The notes: generated from the sequence alone by a model not told the origin. A stretch of 64,000 nucleotides of DNA from an uncultured Eubacteriales bacterium (GCA_900542005.1 UQLW01000008.1:12587-76586); one strand, 5' to 3'; shown: positions 47,099 through 56,649, counted from the stretch's first letter. Program-made: numbers and translations.

Positions 47099-47578
47099 CT
47101 ACTTGAGTAGGGACTGGAAGGCGCTGACCGCCGCCGGCGTATCCTCCAGGATGGCCAGCATGACATAATTCCCCTCCGCCACCACCTGCCCCTTGAGGGC
47201 GAGCTCATACTGGTCGGGCAGATACTGGGCAAAGGCGTCCTGCTGGGCCTTCAGGCGCTTTTCAAAGCCGGCCTTGACGGTTTCCACATTGGAGGCGTCC
47301 TTCACCTTGGCGATATAGCAGGTAAAGACGCGGACGTTCATCATCGGGTCGTAATACTTGCCCTCCTCGATCAGGCTCAGGTCCAGGCCGGTGGCCTCGG
47401 ACACAAAGGCGTCATCGGACTCCATCATGGCGTTTTTCAGCTCCTCGGGGATCACCTTGGAGGCGATTTCCTCGACGGGGACATCCTTTGCCTGGGGCTG
47501 GGGAGCGCAGCCGGCCAGCAGGGCCAGCATCATCACAGCCAGGCCCAGGGCGAGCTTGGCGATAGGCTTTTTCATCAT
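47099..47578 (-). CDS. DUF4358-like lipoprotein
   Basis: Start MMKKPIAKLALGLAVMMLALLAGC (lipobox) behind a GGAAGGAG RBS. About 159 aa. It is the first gene of the MBOAT/DHHW string. Confidence 0.65.
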   Translation of the reverse strand: MMKKPIAKLALGLAVMMLALLAGCAPQPQAKDVPVEEIASKVIPEELKNAMMESDDAFVSEATGLDLSLIEEGKYYDPMMNVRVFTCYIAKVKDASNVETVKAGFEKRLKAQQDAFAQYLPDQYELALKGQVVAEGNYVMLAILEDTPAAVSAFQSLLK

Positions 47579-47740
47579 AGTCTCCTTCCTCACGGGCGTA
47601 TCCGCCCGCGGTATGAATGATTGGGTAACTTAATAGACGGCGGCTTCCCGGATAAGTTCCGCAGGGCCCCCGCTTTGTTGACAGTGCACGGCGGATGTGG
47701 TTCAATAATGGTAAAGTTGCTGAGTAAGGAGGGATGTTCC

Positions 47741-49147
47741 ATGAATCAACCCAATATACTCCTGCTGCTGGCGGACGATCTGGGCTATAAGGATCTGGGG
47801 ATCACCGGCTCATCCTTTTACGAGACGCCCCATATCGACCGCCTGGCGGCCCAGGGGATGCTGTTCTCCCAGTGCTATGCCTCCTGCCCGGTATGCTCGC
47901 CCACCCGGGCCAGCCTGCTGACGGGGAAATACCCGGCACGGATAGGGGTCACCAACTGGATCGATTGGACGCGCCCGGGCTTCCCGGCCGGGCGGCTGGC
48001 CGACGCCCCCTATGTGGACCACCTGCCGGAGCAGGAATTCACCCTGGCGCAGGCGCTGGCGGAGGGCGGCTATCAGACCTGGCATGTGGGCAAGTGGCAC
48101 CTGGGCGAGGGGCGCGCCATTACTGGGCCCCATGGCTTTGACGTGAACGTAGGCGGCAGCCACTGGGGCAGCCCCATCGAGGGCTATTTCTCGCCGTGGA
48201 ATATTCCCGGCGTGCCCAACGGGCCCGAGGGCCAATATCTGGACGACTGGCTGACGGATGAGGCGATCCGCCTGATGGAGATGCGGGATACCGGCCGGCC
48301 CTTCTTCCTTAACCTATGGTTCTACCTGGTGCATATTCCCCTGCAGGCCCCGGCAGCGCTGGTGGAAAAATACCGCCGCAAAGCGGCGCGCCTGGGCCTT
48401 GACCGGGTAGAGCCGGTGGCCGAGGGCGAGCGGTTCCCGGTGGAGCATCTCCGGGACCGGCATATCCAGCGCAGGCTGCTCCAGTCCAATCCGGTCTATG
48501 CGGCCATGGTGGAAAAGCTGGATGAGAACGTGGGGCGGCTCCTGGAGGCCCTGGAGCGGCTGGGGCTTTGGGAAGATACGCTGGTGATCTTCACCTCCGA
48601 CAACGGCGGCCTATCCACGGCGGAGGGGTCGCCTACCTGCAATTTCCCCCTGCGGGAGGGCAAGGGCTGGCTGGAGGAGGGCGGCCTGCGGGAGCCCTGC
48701 GTGATCCGCTGGCCGGGCCGGGTGCAGCAGGGCTCGCTCTGCCATGACTACTTCACCACGCCGGACTTCTATCCCACGCTCCTGGAGGCGGCCGGGCTGC
48801 CCCTTCGCCCTGAGCAGCATGTGGACGGCGTTTCCATCATGCCGAGCCTGTCCGGCGGGCGGCTGGACAGAGGCCCTATCTTCTGGCATTACCCGCACTA
48901 TTCCAACCAGGGCGGCACGCCCGGATGCGCCATGAGGCTGGGAGACTATAAGCTGATCGAGCAGTTTGAAAGCCGGGGAACATACCAGCTATATAACCTG
49001 CGGGACGATCCTTCGGAAACGGTGAACCTGGCTGGCCGGGAGCCGGACCGGGTCAGGGAGCTGGCGGCGATGCTGAACCGTTGGCGCGATACCGAGGTGC
49101 AGGGCTATGTGAACCCCATAAACCCTGCATGGGATCCATGGGACTAG
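47741..49147 (+). CDS. Cys-type sulfatase (arylsulfatase family)
   Basis: Track ORF trimmed to ATG 47741 (AAGGAGGG RBS). It starts MNQPNILLLLADDLGYKDLG, has the formylglycine motif CSPTRASLLTG and later FTSDNGG. No signal peptide. Confidence 0.88.
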   Translation: MNQPNILLLLADDLGYKDLGITGSSFYETPHIDRLAAQGMLFSQCYASCPVCSPTRASLLTGKYPARIGVTNWIDWTRPGFPAGRLADAPYVDHLPEQEFTLAQALAEGGYQTWHVGKWHLGEGRAITGPHGFDVNVGGSHWGSPIEGYFSPWNIPGVPNGPEGQYLDDWLTDEAIRLMEMRDTGRPFFLNLWFYLVHIPLQAPAALVEKYRRKAARLGLDRVEPVAEGERFPVEHLRDRHIQRRLLQSNPVYAAMVEKLDENVGRLLEALERLGLWEDTLVIFTSDNGGLSTAEGSPTCNFPLREGKGWLEEGGLREPCVIRWPGRVQQGSLCHDYFTTPDFYPTLLEAAGLPLRPEQHVDGVSIMPSLSGGRLDRGPIFWHYPHYSNQGGTPGCAMRLGDYKLIEQFESRGTYQLYNLRDDPSETVNLAGREPDRVRELAAMLNRWRDTEVQGYVNPINPAWDPWD

Positions 49148-49180
49148 CTGGCCGCGGGCTGATCGCGGCGAAGGGAGGCT

Positions 49181-50167
49181 ATGATGCGTATCATTCCCCT
49201 GGACGAAAAACATATTCCCCAGGCCCGCCAATGGCTCAACCGGCTGATCGAAGGGGATGGGCTTGTGTACAAGCCGCTGGATGAAGCGGCCTTTGAAGGC
49301 GCATTCTGGCGGAGCCTGCCCCAGGCAAGGCGGCACACGGCGCTGCTGGAGCGGGACGACGGGCAGCTGGCTGGCCTGGTTGGCGGTGTGTCCATGCCGC
49401 TGGCCGGCAAGGCCTATATCAGCTTTGTGGCGGTCGATGCGGCGCTGCGCCGGCAGGGCTGGGGGACAAGGATGCTGGCCTGGCTGGAGGAGCAGCTGAC
49501 CGGCCTGCCGGAGGGACGGCCGGAAAAGCTGGAGATCGTATTCTTCAATCCGGCCAGCTTCACCTGGATTGTCCCGGGTACGGCGGGCCATGACCACCCC
49601 AACGCTCCCGGCGTGGACGTAGCCAGCGGCGCCTATCTCTTTTTTAAAAACCGCGGCTACCGGGACTTTGCCATGCAGAACGCCTACCATCTGCCGCTGG
49701 CGCAGTATGAGTATCCGGCGGCCCTGGCGCAGCGCCTGGCGGAGCTGTCTCAGCGGGGCATTGAAATTACCTACTATGACCCGGAAACCCACCGGGGGCT
49801 GGCCGGGCTGATGGACGCCCTGGGCAACGAGGATTGGCGTCAGCGGGTGCTGGAGAACGTCCACCGGCCGGATGGCGGGGATCCGCTGCTTATCGTGGCC
49901 CATCAGGGCCGGGCGGTGGGCTTTACCGGCCCGCTGTCGGTGCAGCCCAGCGGGCGGGGCTACTTTGCCGGGATCGGCATTCATCCCGACTACCGGGGGC
50001 TTGGCGCCGGCAAGGCGCTGTTCGCCGCCCTGTGCCGGGGGCTGAAGCAGCAGGGCGCCGGCTATATGACGCTTTTTACCGGAGAAAATAACCCTGCCCG
50101 GAATATCTACGAGGCTGCGGGCTTTAAGATTGTGCGGGTATGGGCTGACATGCGCAAGGAGGGATAG
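49181..50167 (+). CDS. Tandem-GNAT N-acetyltransferase
   Basis: 328 aa with two GNAT cores: FVAVDAALRRQGWGTRMLAWLE and GIGIHPDYRGLGAGKALFAALC...NPARNIYEAAGF. Confidence 0.8.
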   Translation: MMRIIPLDEKHIPQARQWLNRLIEGDGLVYKPLDEAAFEGAFWRSLPQARRHTALLERDDGQLAGLVGGVSMPLAGKAYISFVAVDAALRRQGWGTRMLAWLEEQLTGLPEGRPEKLEIVFFNPASFTWIVPGTAGHDHPNAPGVDVASGAYLFFKNRGYRDFAMQNAYHLPLAQYEYPAALAQRLAELSQRGIEITYYDPETHRGLAGLMDALGNEDWRQRVLENVHRPDGGDPLLIVAHQGRAVGFTGPLSVQPSGRGYFAGIGIHPDYRGLGAGKALFAALCRGLKQQGAGYMTLFTGENNPARNIYEAAGFKIVRVWADMRKEG

Positions 50168-50168
50168 C

Positions 50169-50867
50169 ATGGGACAAAAATGCATTATGGCCATCGGCGG
50201 CCATATCGGGGATGCGGAGCTCACCTGCGGCGGGGTGCTGGCCAGCCTGTCGCTTGAAGGATATAAGGCGGTGACGGTAGCGCTGACCGGCGGGGAAAAG
50301 GGCAACCCGCCGGGCGTGAGCGTGGCCGATTACCGGATCCAGAAGGAGCGGGAGGCCCGGGAATTTGCCGGGATGCTGGAGGGGGAGAGCGTGGTTTTTC
50401 CCTATGCCGACGGCGAGCTGCCCGATACCGAGGCCGTACGCTTCATGCTGGCCGATTTGATTCGTAAATACAAGCCCTGCGCCCTGCTCACCCACTGGAA
50501 GCACTCCATGCACAAGGACCATGAGCTGACGCACCGCATCGTCAGGGACGCGCAGTTCTATGCGGGGCTTGCCGGCTTTGAGCGGGAGCTGCCGGCCCAT
50601 TTCGCCGCGGGGCCCTATTACGCGGAGAATTGGGAGGACGCCGAGGGCTTTGTGCCCTATACCTATGTCAAGGTTTCGCCGGAGGGCTTTGACCTGTGGC
50701 AAAAGGCCATCGAAAAGCATTGGTTTGCCGTGCATAGCCCTTCCTTCCGGTATAAGGAGTATTATGAGCATCTCATGGCCCTGCGGGGCTGCCTGGCCCG
50801 CACGCGGTACGCCGAGGCCTTCGCGGTGGACGAATATACGAAAAAGCAGGTCTTGGAGGGCTTTTAG
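50169..50867 (+). CDS. PIG-L/LmbE family deacetylase
   Basis: Track ORF trimmed to ATG 50169, 1 nt after the GNAT stop. It has AIGGHIGDAELTCGG (a variant of the HPDD motif) and HSMHKDHELTH (HxxH). Confidence 0.78.
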   Translation: MGQKCIMAIGGHIGDAELTCGGVLASLSLEGYKAVTVALTGGEKGNPPGVSVADYRIQKEREAREFAGMLEGESVVFPYADGELPDTEAVRFMLADLIRKYKPCALLTHWKHSMHKDHELTHRIVRDAQFYAGLAGFERELPAHFAAGPYYAENWEDAEGFVPYTYVKVSPEGFDLWQKAIEKHWFAVHSPSFRYKEYYEHLMALRGCLARTRYAEAFAVDEYTKKQVLEGF

Positions 50868-50909
50868 TGAAAGGGAGCAAGGATAACCGCGGAAGGGTCA
50901 AGAGGAGGT

Positions 50910-51395
50910 ATGGCCGCTATGAGACGTAACCCAATGAGGACGCTGGGCCTCGTGTTCGCCTGCGTTGCGGGCCTGGAGGCCGTCGTTCTGCTGGCGGTGG
51001 CGATGCTGGTGAAGCAGGGGGAGGCCCGGCTGATCGCCTCCATGGTGCTGGGCATCCAGATCCTGGTATTCGGGGGCATTGGAGGCGGCTTTCTGCTGTA
51101 TCAGAAGAGAAAGCGGCGGCTGCGGGAACGGCTGACGCGGGAGGGGTATTATGAAATGGCAGAGGTTGTGGAGGTGGAGCGCCAGCTCAATGTGCAGGTG
51201 AACGGACGCAGCCCCTATCGGGTCGTCTGCCGCATCCTGCGGGACGGCGTGCTCCATGAATACCGCAGCGAGCTGCTGCCCTACCATCCGGGATTGCCTG
51301 CGGGCGCGCAGGTGCCGGTCTATCTGGACCGGTATGATGAAAACCAGTACTATGTGGATGTGGAAAGCGTGATGCCCCGGATCCGGCAGCACTGA
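50910..51395 (+). CDS. Membrane protein, DUF3592-like
   Basis: 161 aa with an AGGAGG RBS. It has two N-terminal TMs, then a beta-rich domain (YYEMAEVVEVERQLNVQVNGRSPYRVVCRI...VPVYLDRYDENQYYVD). Confidence 0.55.
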   Translation: MAAMRRNPMRTLGLVFACVAGLEAVVLLAVAMLVKQGEARLIASMVLGIQILVFGGIGGGFLLYQKRKRRLRERLTREGYYEMAEVVEVERQLNVQVNGRSPYRVVCRILRDGVLHEYRSELLPYHPGLPAGAQVPVYLDRYDENQYYVDVESVMPRIRQH

Positions 51396-51463
51396 ATCCT
51401 ATGCGGATACCCCAAAAGCATAGGCCGCTGGCAGACGCCTTAGGGCGACGGCCAGCGGCCTGG

Positions 51464-51492
51464 ACGCCCGCCGGATGGCGGGCGTTTTTTTT
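51464..51492 (+). terminator. Rho-independent terminator after the DUF3592-like gene
   Basis: ACGCCCGCC GGAT GGCGGGCGT followed by T8. The T-run overlaps the stop codon of the convergent GH78-like gene. Confidence 0.85.
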
Positions 51493-53593
51493 ATGGCTGA
51501 CAGGGCGGCTGGCGCGACGCGATCAGCAGCGACGCCACATAGGAAGCAAAACCATGGTCATAGCTGCCGTGGAAATCCCGGTTTTCCCACAGGGTAGCGG
51601 TATAGGCCTCCATCTGCCCAAAGAAATCCTCAATATCCCGCAGCATCAGGCTGTGCTCGCCCATGCGGAACAGCGTTTCCAGCCGGAGATACACGCCGAT
51701 AAAGGCGTTCACCGGGACGATCCGGGGATCGCGGGCGCCGCTGCCCGGCGCAAAGTCCCCGGTGATGCTTTCGCGCAGCCGCCGGTATCGGGGCTCGCGC
51801 AGATCCAAGCCGCCAAAGAGCGCGGCATAGTATTGCCCGATCTCTGAAATATCCCCGGCGGGGCGCAGCTTTCCGGCAGCGTCACGCTGGGCGTGGTCCA
51901 GAAAATAGCGGCCATCGAAGGACTGAGCCAGGGCCGCGGCGCGAACCTGGGCGCTGCGCTTGAGGCAGGCCTCGTCCCCATAAAGGCGGCCGGCGCATTC
52001 CAGGGCCTGGGCATAGAGGAAATTGGTCGGGTAGTTTACATCCTGCGTCCAGTCGTTGGCCTGGCTCCACTCCACAAAATTCCAGGAGGGCAGGCGCTCC
52101 AGAAGGCCGTCCTCGTTCTCATAGCGGCGGTAAAAGTCCAGCAGGCGGTATATGCTGCTGCGGAAACGGCCAGCCTCGTCCCCGTGACCGCGGCGATGGA
52201 CGTATTCCTCCACCTCCAGGATGTACCACATGGTCCACTGGGGGATGAACTTGCCGTCATCCGGAAGGTCGGAGGGGTAACACATGGGCAGCGCGCCCTC
52301 CGGGAGCCCTTCCCCCTGGGGGTAAAGGGCATAGTTTTCCAGAAAGGCGTCCTCTGTGGGCGTGCAGCCAAAAAGCGCATATTCGGTGCGGCCGGTAAAG
52401 TAGGAGTCGCACAGCCATCCGGCCCGCTCGCGGGAGGGGCAGTCGGTATACAGATCCAGCGCGTTATGGGCGAAGGTCCGCAGGGCGCCCCGGTAGATGC
52501 GCTCCAGGGAAGGCGAGCCCAGCTCCGGCACAGGGGCGGCGGCCATATTGCGCTCGTAGGCGGTCATGCCGAAGCCCTCCAGGCGCAGCTCCCCCTCGCG
52601 GACGCCCACCAGGACGAACCGGAAGCTATAGGGCTCGAAGCTCATGACCTCGCGCCGCTGCCCGGCGGAGAGCAGAAAATCGACCGTGTTCTGCACATGC
52701 ATATCGGTGAAGGCAAAGGTATCGCCGGGGCAATATTCGCTGAAAGCGACAATGATCTCGCTGTCAGCAGCGGCTTCCACCGCTAGCCGCAGGAACCCCA
52801 CTTCGATGCGGCTAAAGTCGAAAAGCGCATAATCCCCAGCCTTCAGGGGCAGCGGCAAGGCAGCATCATGGCGCTGCGGCTGCTGGCGGCATTGCTGAAT
52901 CCAGCGGTAAGGGAAGCGTTCTATCCCGCCGGGCGCAAAACCGCCCCAGCGCTCCGAGATGGGCACAGAGAAGTTATCGGCCTGGTAGGGCAGGGAGGCG
53001 TCGTAGAGGAGCCGGCCGGCCACCCGGCAGGCGGGCAGGTCGCGGGCGCTGTAGCAGGGATAGGGGGCGGTGCGGCACAGCAGCGTCAAAGGGCGATCCA
53101 CCACCGACCAGGGATGGGGGCTGCCCGGAGCAGGGGATGCCGCGCTGCGGAAATCCCACACCTCGCTGAAGTGGCGCTGGTAGGAATAGCGCTCGGCCCG
53201 CTGCACCCGGCTTTTGACCCGGTATCCGGTAAAATCCCGGCCGGTATAGGAAAGCACCTGGCCGCCGCGGCGCAGCTCGGCCTGCAGGAAGGGGGGCTGC
53301 TTCACCGTGGACAGGCTGCGGCACTGGTAGCCGGCTACCTCCAGGACGATTTCGTTCTGCGGGCCGCCATCAAATGCATCCAGGGCAATCACGTCCACCC
53401 GCGCATAGCCCCGGGCCGCGCGGGCGGGGCCGAAGGCGGCGAAGCGCCCGTTCACCCATAGCCGGTAGAAGTCGGCGGCGGCCAGGTGCAGCGTGACGCC
53501 GGTCAACCGCCCAGCCTGCAAGGAGAAGGCGGCGGTTATGTTCATTTCATCATCCAGGCCGGTCAACCAGACCGGCTGCGCGCAGAGAAACAT
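51491..53593 (-). CDS. GH78-family-like (alpha-L-rhamnosidase-type) glycoside hydrolase, cytoplasmic
   Basis: 700 aa with no signal peptide. Motifs: AADFYRLWVNGRFAAFGPARA and the GH78-type LYTDCPSRERAGWLCDSY. Confidence 0.7.
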   Translation of the reverse strand: MFLCAQPVWLTGLDDEMNITAAFSLQAGRLTGVTLHLAAADFYRLWVNGRFAAFGPARAARGYARVDVIALDAFDGGPQNEIVLEVAGYQCRSLSTVKQPPFLQAELRRGGQVLSYTGRDFTGYRVKSRVQRAERYSYQRHFSEVWDFRSAASPAPGSPHPWSVVDRPLTLLCRTAPYPCYSARDLPACRVAGRLLYDASLPYQADNFSVPISERWGGFAPGGIERFPYRWIQQCRQQPQRHDAALPLPLKAGDYALFDFSRIEVGFLRLAVEAAADSEIIVAFSEYCPGDTFAFTDMHVQNTVDFLLSAGQRREVMSFEPYSFRFVLVGVREGELRLEGFGMTAYERNMAAAPVPELGSPSLERIYRGALRTFAHNALDLYTDCPSRERAGWLCDSYFTGRTEYALFGCTPTEDAFLENYALYPQGEGLPEGALPMCYPSDLPDDGKFIPQWTMWYILEVEEYVHRRGHGDEAGRFRSSIYRLLDFYRRYENEDGLLERLPSWNFVEWSQANDWTQDVNYPTNFLYAQALECAGRLYGDEACLKRSAQVRAAALAQSFDGRYFLDHAQRDAAGKLRPAGDISEIGQYYAALFGGLDLREPRYRRLRESITGDFAPGSGARDPRIVPVNAFIGVYLRLETLFRMGEHSLMLRDIEDFFGQMEAYTATLWENRDFHGSYDHGFASYVASLLIASRQPPCQP

Positions 53594-53621
53594 GGCGGGC
53601 TCCTTTCTGCCGTATCGGGCG

Positions 53622-54458
53622 CTAGAGCTGTCGGAGGGCGTACCGGCGCACAGCCTGGGCTACGCCGGCCTCGTCGTTGGAGGCGGTAACGATCCGGGCG
53701 GCGGCCTTGACTGCCTCGTCGCCGTTGGCCATGGCCACCGGCCAGCCGGCTACCCGGAACATGGGCAGGTCGTTTTTCTGGTCGCCCAGCACCATCACGT
53801 CGGCGGTGGAGATGCCCAGATGATCGCACAGCCGCTGGATCCCCACGCCCTTATCCACGCCCCGGGCCACCACCTCGATATTGTTCCACCAGGAGGAGGT
53901 GATGGTGAGCGGGAATCCGGCCCCAGCGGCATCGCGCTTCAGCCTTTCGGCCTCGGACCGGTCAGGGCTGCTGGCAATGACCTTCATGCAGCGGTCAAGC
54001 TCCGCTTCGGGGATCTCGCGCCAGCTATCGATGAAGTGGGTCTGTACGCCATGGGCCCCCAGATGCAGGCGGCCGGATTCGGCCCGCGCCCGATGACGGC
54101 CCCGGGCCATCAGATACCGCAGGCCCACGGTGCACATATTATAGTAAACGTCCTGATCTTCCTCCAGAAAGGTCAGCAGCCGCTCCAGGGCGGGGCGCTC
54201 CAGCGGCTGGCAGAAAATATCAGCCGGAGCGCCGGGCTCCCGCACAACGGCGCCGTTGAAGCCGATGATCCAGGTGTCCAGGCCCATCTGGCGGTGGACA
54301 TAGCGGATATCCACCGGGCAGCGGCCGGAGCAGATGGCCACGGCGATACCGGAGGCCTGGGCCTGGCGGAAGGCGTCCACGTTAGCAGGGATGATTTGGG
54401 AATGAGCGTCAAAAAAAGTGCCGTCCAGATCGGTGGCGATCAATCGGATATTGGACAT
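53622..54458 (-). CDS. Cof-type HAD-IIB sugar phosphatase
   Basis: Trimmed to ATG 54456-54458 (MSNIRLIATDLDGTFF...). Motif II is AICSGR. The C-terminal motifs are VLGDQKNDLPMF and MANGD. Confidence 0.85.
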   Translation of the reverse strand: MSNIRLIATDLDGTFFDAHSQIIPANVDAFRQAQASGIAVAICSGRCPVDIRYVHRQMGLDTWIIGFNGAVVREPGAPADIFCQPLERPALERLLTFLEEDQDVYYNMCTVGLRYLMARGRHRARAESGRLHLGAHGVQTHFIDSWREIPEAELDRCMKVIASSPDRSEAERLKRDAAGAGFPLTITSSWWNNIEVVARGVDKGVGIQRLCDHLGISTADVMVLGDQKNDLPMFRVAGWPVAMANGDEAVKAAARIVTASNDEAGVAQAVRRYALRQL

Positions 54459-54638
54459 GAAGCGTTCCTTACCTCTCAATAGCATTACAAATCTATTCCA
54501 CCTGACGCGCCTGTTTTCCTGCTGAAAAATTTTGTTTTGCCAAATCGTGACAAGCGCTCATGAAAAAAACATTTTTGGGAAACCTTTTGCTAGGGACTTC
54601 ATGAAAAGGCCCGAAGACGAAAGGATGTGCAACCCATC

Positions 54639-55442
54639 ATGAAAAAGATAACCATGGCTTTGGTGCTGGTTTGTCTCGTCGCGCTGCCGCTGGTGGCCTG
54701 CTCTACGAACAATCCCACCACCACAACCACGCCTACCCCGATGGCGACCGCTACGACGACCACCTCTATGGCGCCGACCGACGCCTCGAGCCCGGAACCC
54801 AGCGCCACGCCGGGCGTAGCGGCCAACATGACCCACTACCTGCACGGTAAGATTACCAAGGTGGAGGGAGAAAACGTCTCGCTGTCCGATGTGCCCAAGT
54901 ACGGCACCTGCACCATTAAGGTGGATACCTCCACCCAGCTTGTGGGCGTAACCAAGGTGGACGAGCTCAAGGAAAACCAGCTGGTCATCGTGGGCTACGC
55001 TACGCCGGAGATGGGGCTGGGCGTGCTGCCCGAGCCCAGCGATACGGCTGATATGAGCGGCGCCGCCACCAGCGCGGCGGACGCCATGACGACGGCCGCG
55101 CCCAGCGCGTCGCCGGACGCCAGCGCTTCCCCCATGCCCTCGGCTACCCCCGGAGCATCCGCTCCCGAGAATATGGTCGCTACCACCGTGGAGGTCGTGG
55201 AGACGCTGCCGACCCTGAGCGGTAAGGTCACGGAGGTGGATGCCGATGCCTTTGTGATCGAGGATACCGCCGAAGGCAAGGTCAAGGTGGTTTGCCCCCA
55301 GGGCACGCTGATGGAGGGTATGGACCAGCCCGCGGTGGACGATACCGTTACGGTGGTCTATTCCGGTCAGATTGCCAAATCCAACCCCGCCCAGGTGACG
55401 GCGATCTCCGTGACCAAGGGCGCGGCTTCCCCCCAGGCATAA
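54639..55442 (+). CDS. Lipoprotein with two related beta-rich domains separated by Thr/Ala/Pro/Ser-rich linkers
   Basis: MKKITMALVLVCLVALPLVAC lipobox. It has a poly-Thr linker and then two similar modules beginning HGKITKVEGENVSL... and SGKVTEVDADAFVI... Confidence 0.7.
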   Translation: MKKITMALVLVCLVALPLVACSTNNPTTTTTPTPMATATTTTSMAPTDASSPEPSATPGVAANMTHYLHGKITKVEGENVSLSDVPKYGTCTIKVDTSTQLVGVTKVDELKENQLVIVGYATPEMGLGVLPEPSDTADMSGAATSAADAMTTAAPSASPDASASPMPSATPGASAPENMVATTVEVVETLPTLSGKVTEVDADAFVIEDTAEGKVKVVCPQGTLMEGMDQPAVDDTVTVVYSGQIAKSNPAQVTAISVTKGAASPQA

Positions 55443-55457
55443 ACGCATCGATAAATG

Positions 55458-55488
55458 AAAAAGGCTGCCGGAGCCCGGCAGCCTTTTT
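55458..55488. terminator. Bidirectional terminator between the lipoprotein and GH130 genes
   Basis: AAAAAGGCTGCCGG AGC CCGGCAGCCTTTTT. Confidence 0.85.
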
Positions 55489-55508
55489 CCTGTGCGCCTG
55501 TTTGGGCG

Positions 55509-56492
55509 CTACTTCACGGGATTGGCCTTAATATAGTCGATAATGTCGTTCACATAGCTGTGGGCCATGCAGATGACGGTGTCGGCGCCGCCGTAGTAGA
55601 GGGTGATGCGGTCGGTGGGGGCGTCCACCAGCGCGGCGCAGGGGAAGGCCACGTTGGGCACGTCGCCGGTGCGCTCATAATCGGCGGAGGGATGCAGGAG
55701 GTAGGGCGCGCCGCGGACGATCACCTTCCAGGGCTCGTCCAGATCCAAGAGGGCCGCGCCGAAGGAATAGACAAAGCCGTTGCAGGAATTGAGCACGCCA
55801 TGATAGATCATGAGCCAGCCCTCGTCGGTCTCGATCGGGATGGGGCCTGCGCCGATTTTCTTGGATTGCCAGCCGCCGGTGGGCCGCATGACCAGCCTGT
55901 GCTTGCCCCAGAAGGTCAGATCCGGCGATTCGGAATAGAAAATATCGCCAAAGGGGGTATGCCCATTGTCGGAGGGGCGGGAGAGCATGGCATAGTTGCC
56001 CTTAATCTTCCGGGGGAAGAGCACGCCGTTGCGGTTAAAGGGCAGGTAGCTGTTCTCAATCTGATGATAGGTTTTGAAATCCAGGGTCCAGGCCATGCCG
56101 ATGGTGGGGTAGCCCATGTATCCGTTGCACCAGGTAACCCAGTAGCGGTCCTCCAGCCAGCAGACCCGGGGATCGTAGCCGTATTCAAAGTTTGCAATCT
56201 CGGGGATATCGCACTGCCAGTCAATGGGCTCCGGCTGGATGTCCCAGTGTACGCCGTCCTTGGAATGGGCGGCATGGATGCGCATCTCACGCTCCCGGTT
56301 ATCCACACGGAATACGCCGGCGAACTCCCCTTCAAAGGGGACGACCGCGCTGTTGAAAATGGAATTGGCGCAGGGGATGGCATCCTTGGGCACGATGGGG
56401 TTGAGGCTGGAGCGCCACACCACGTCCTTGCAGGCGGCGGGCTTGTCCTCCCAGGGGAGATTGGGCAGGGGAGAGCCAATGATTTTAGCCAT
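55509..56492 (-). CDS. GH130 family glycoside phosphorylase/hydrolase (beta-mannoside-active family)
   Basis: 327 aa with an AAAGGAG RBS. Motifs [57 protein letters not shown] and WLMIYHGV are typical of GH130 five-bladed propellers. Confidence 0.85.
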   Translation of the reverse strand: MAKIIGSPLPNLPWEDKPAACKDVVWRSSLNPIVPKDAIPCANSIFNSAVVPFEGEFAGVFRVDNREREMRIHAAHSKDGVHWDIQPEPIDWQCDIPEIANFEYGYDPRVCWLEDRYWVTWCNGYMGYPTIGMAWTLDFKTYHQIENSYLPFNRNGVLFPRKIKGNYAMLSRPSDNGHTPFGDIFYSESPDLTFWGKHRLVMRPTGGWQSKKIGAGPIPIETDEGWLMIYHGVLNSCNGFVYSFGAALLDLDEPWKVIVRGAPYLLHPSADYERTGDVPNVAFPCAALVDAPTDRITLYYGGADTVICMAHSYVNDIIDYIKANPVK

Positions 56493-56649
56493 GAGAAAAC
56501 TCCTTTCCGTGGCAGAATCCTTGCCGTTTCCTGTTTATTATACCATGAAGCGGTGAAATGGGAAGAAGCAATTGACAGGCGGGCGGGGATGTGGGAAGAT
56601 GAAAACGTATGGGCGAAGGCCCGTCAATTTTTCATCGGGAGGTACTAAA

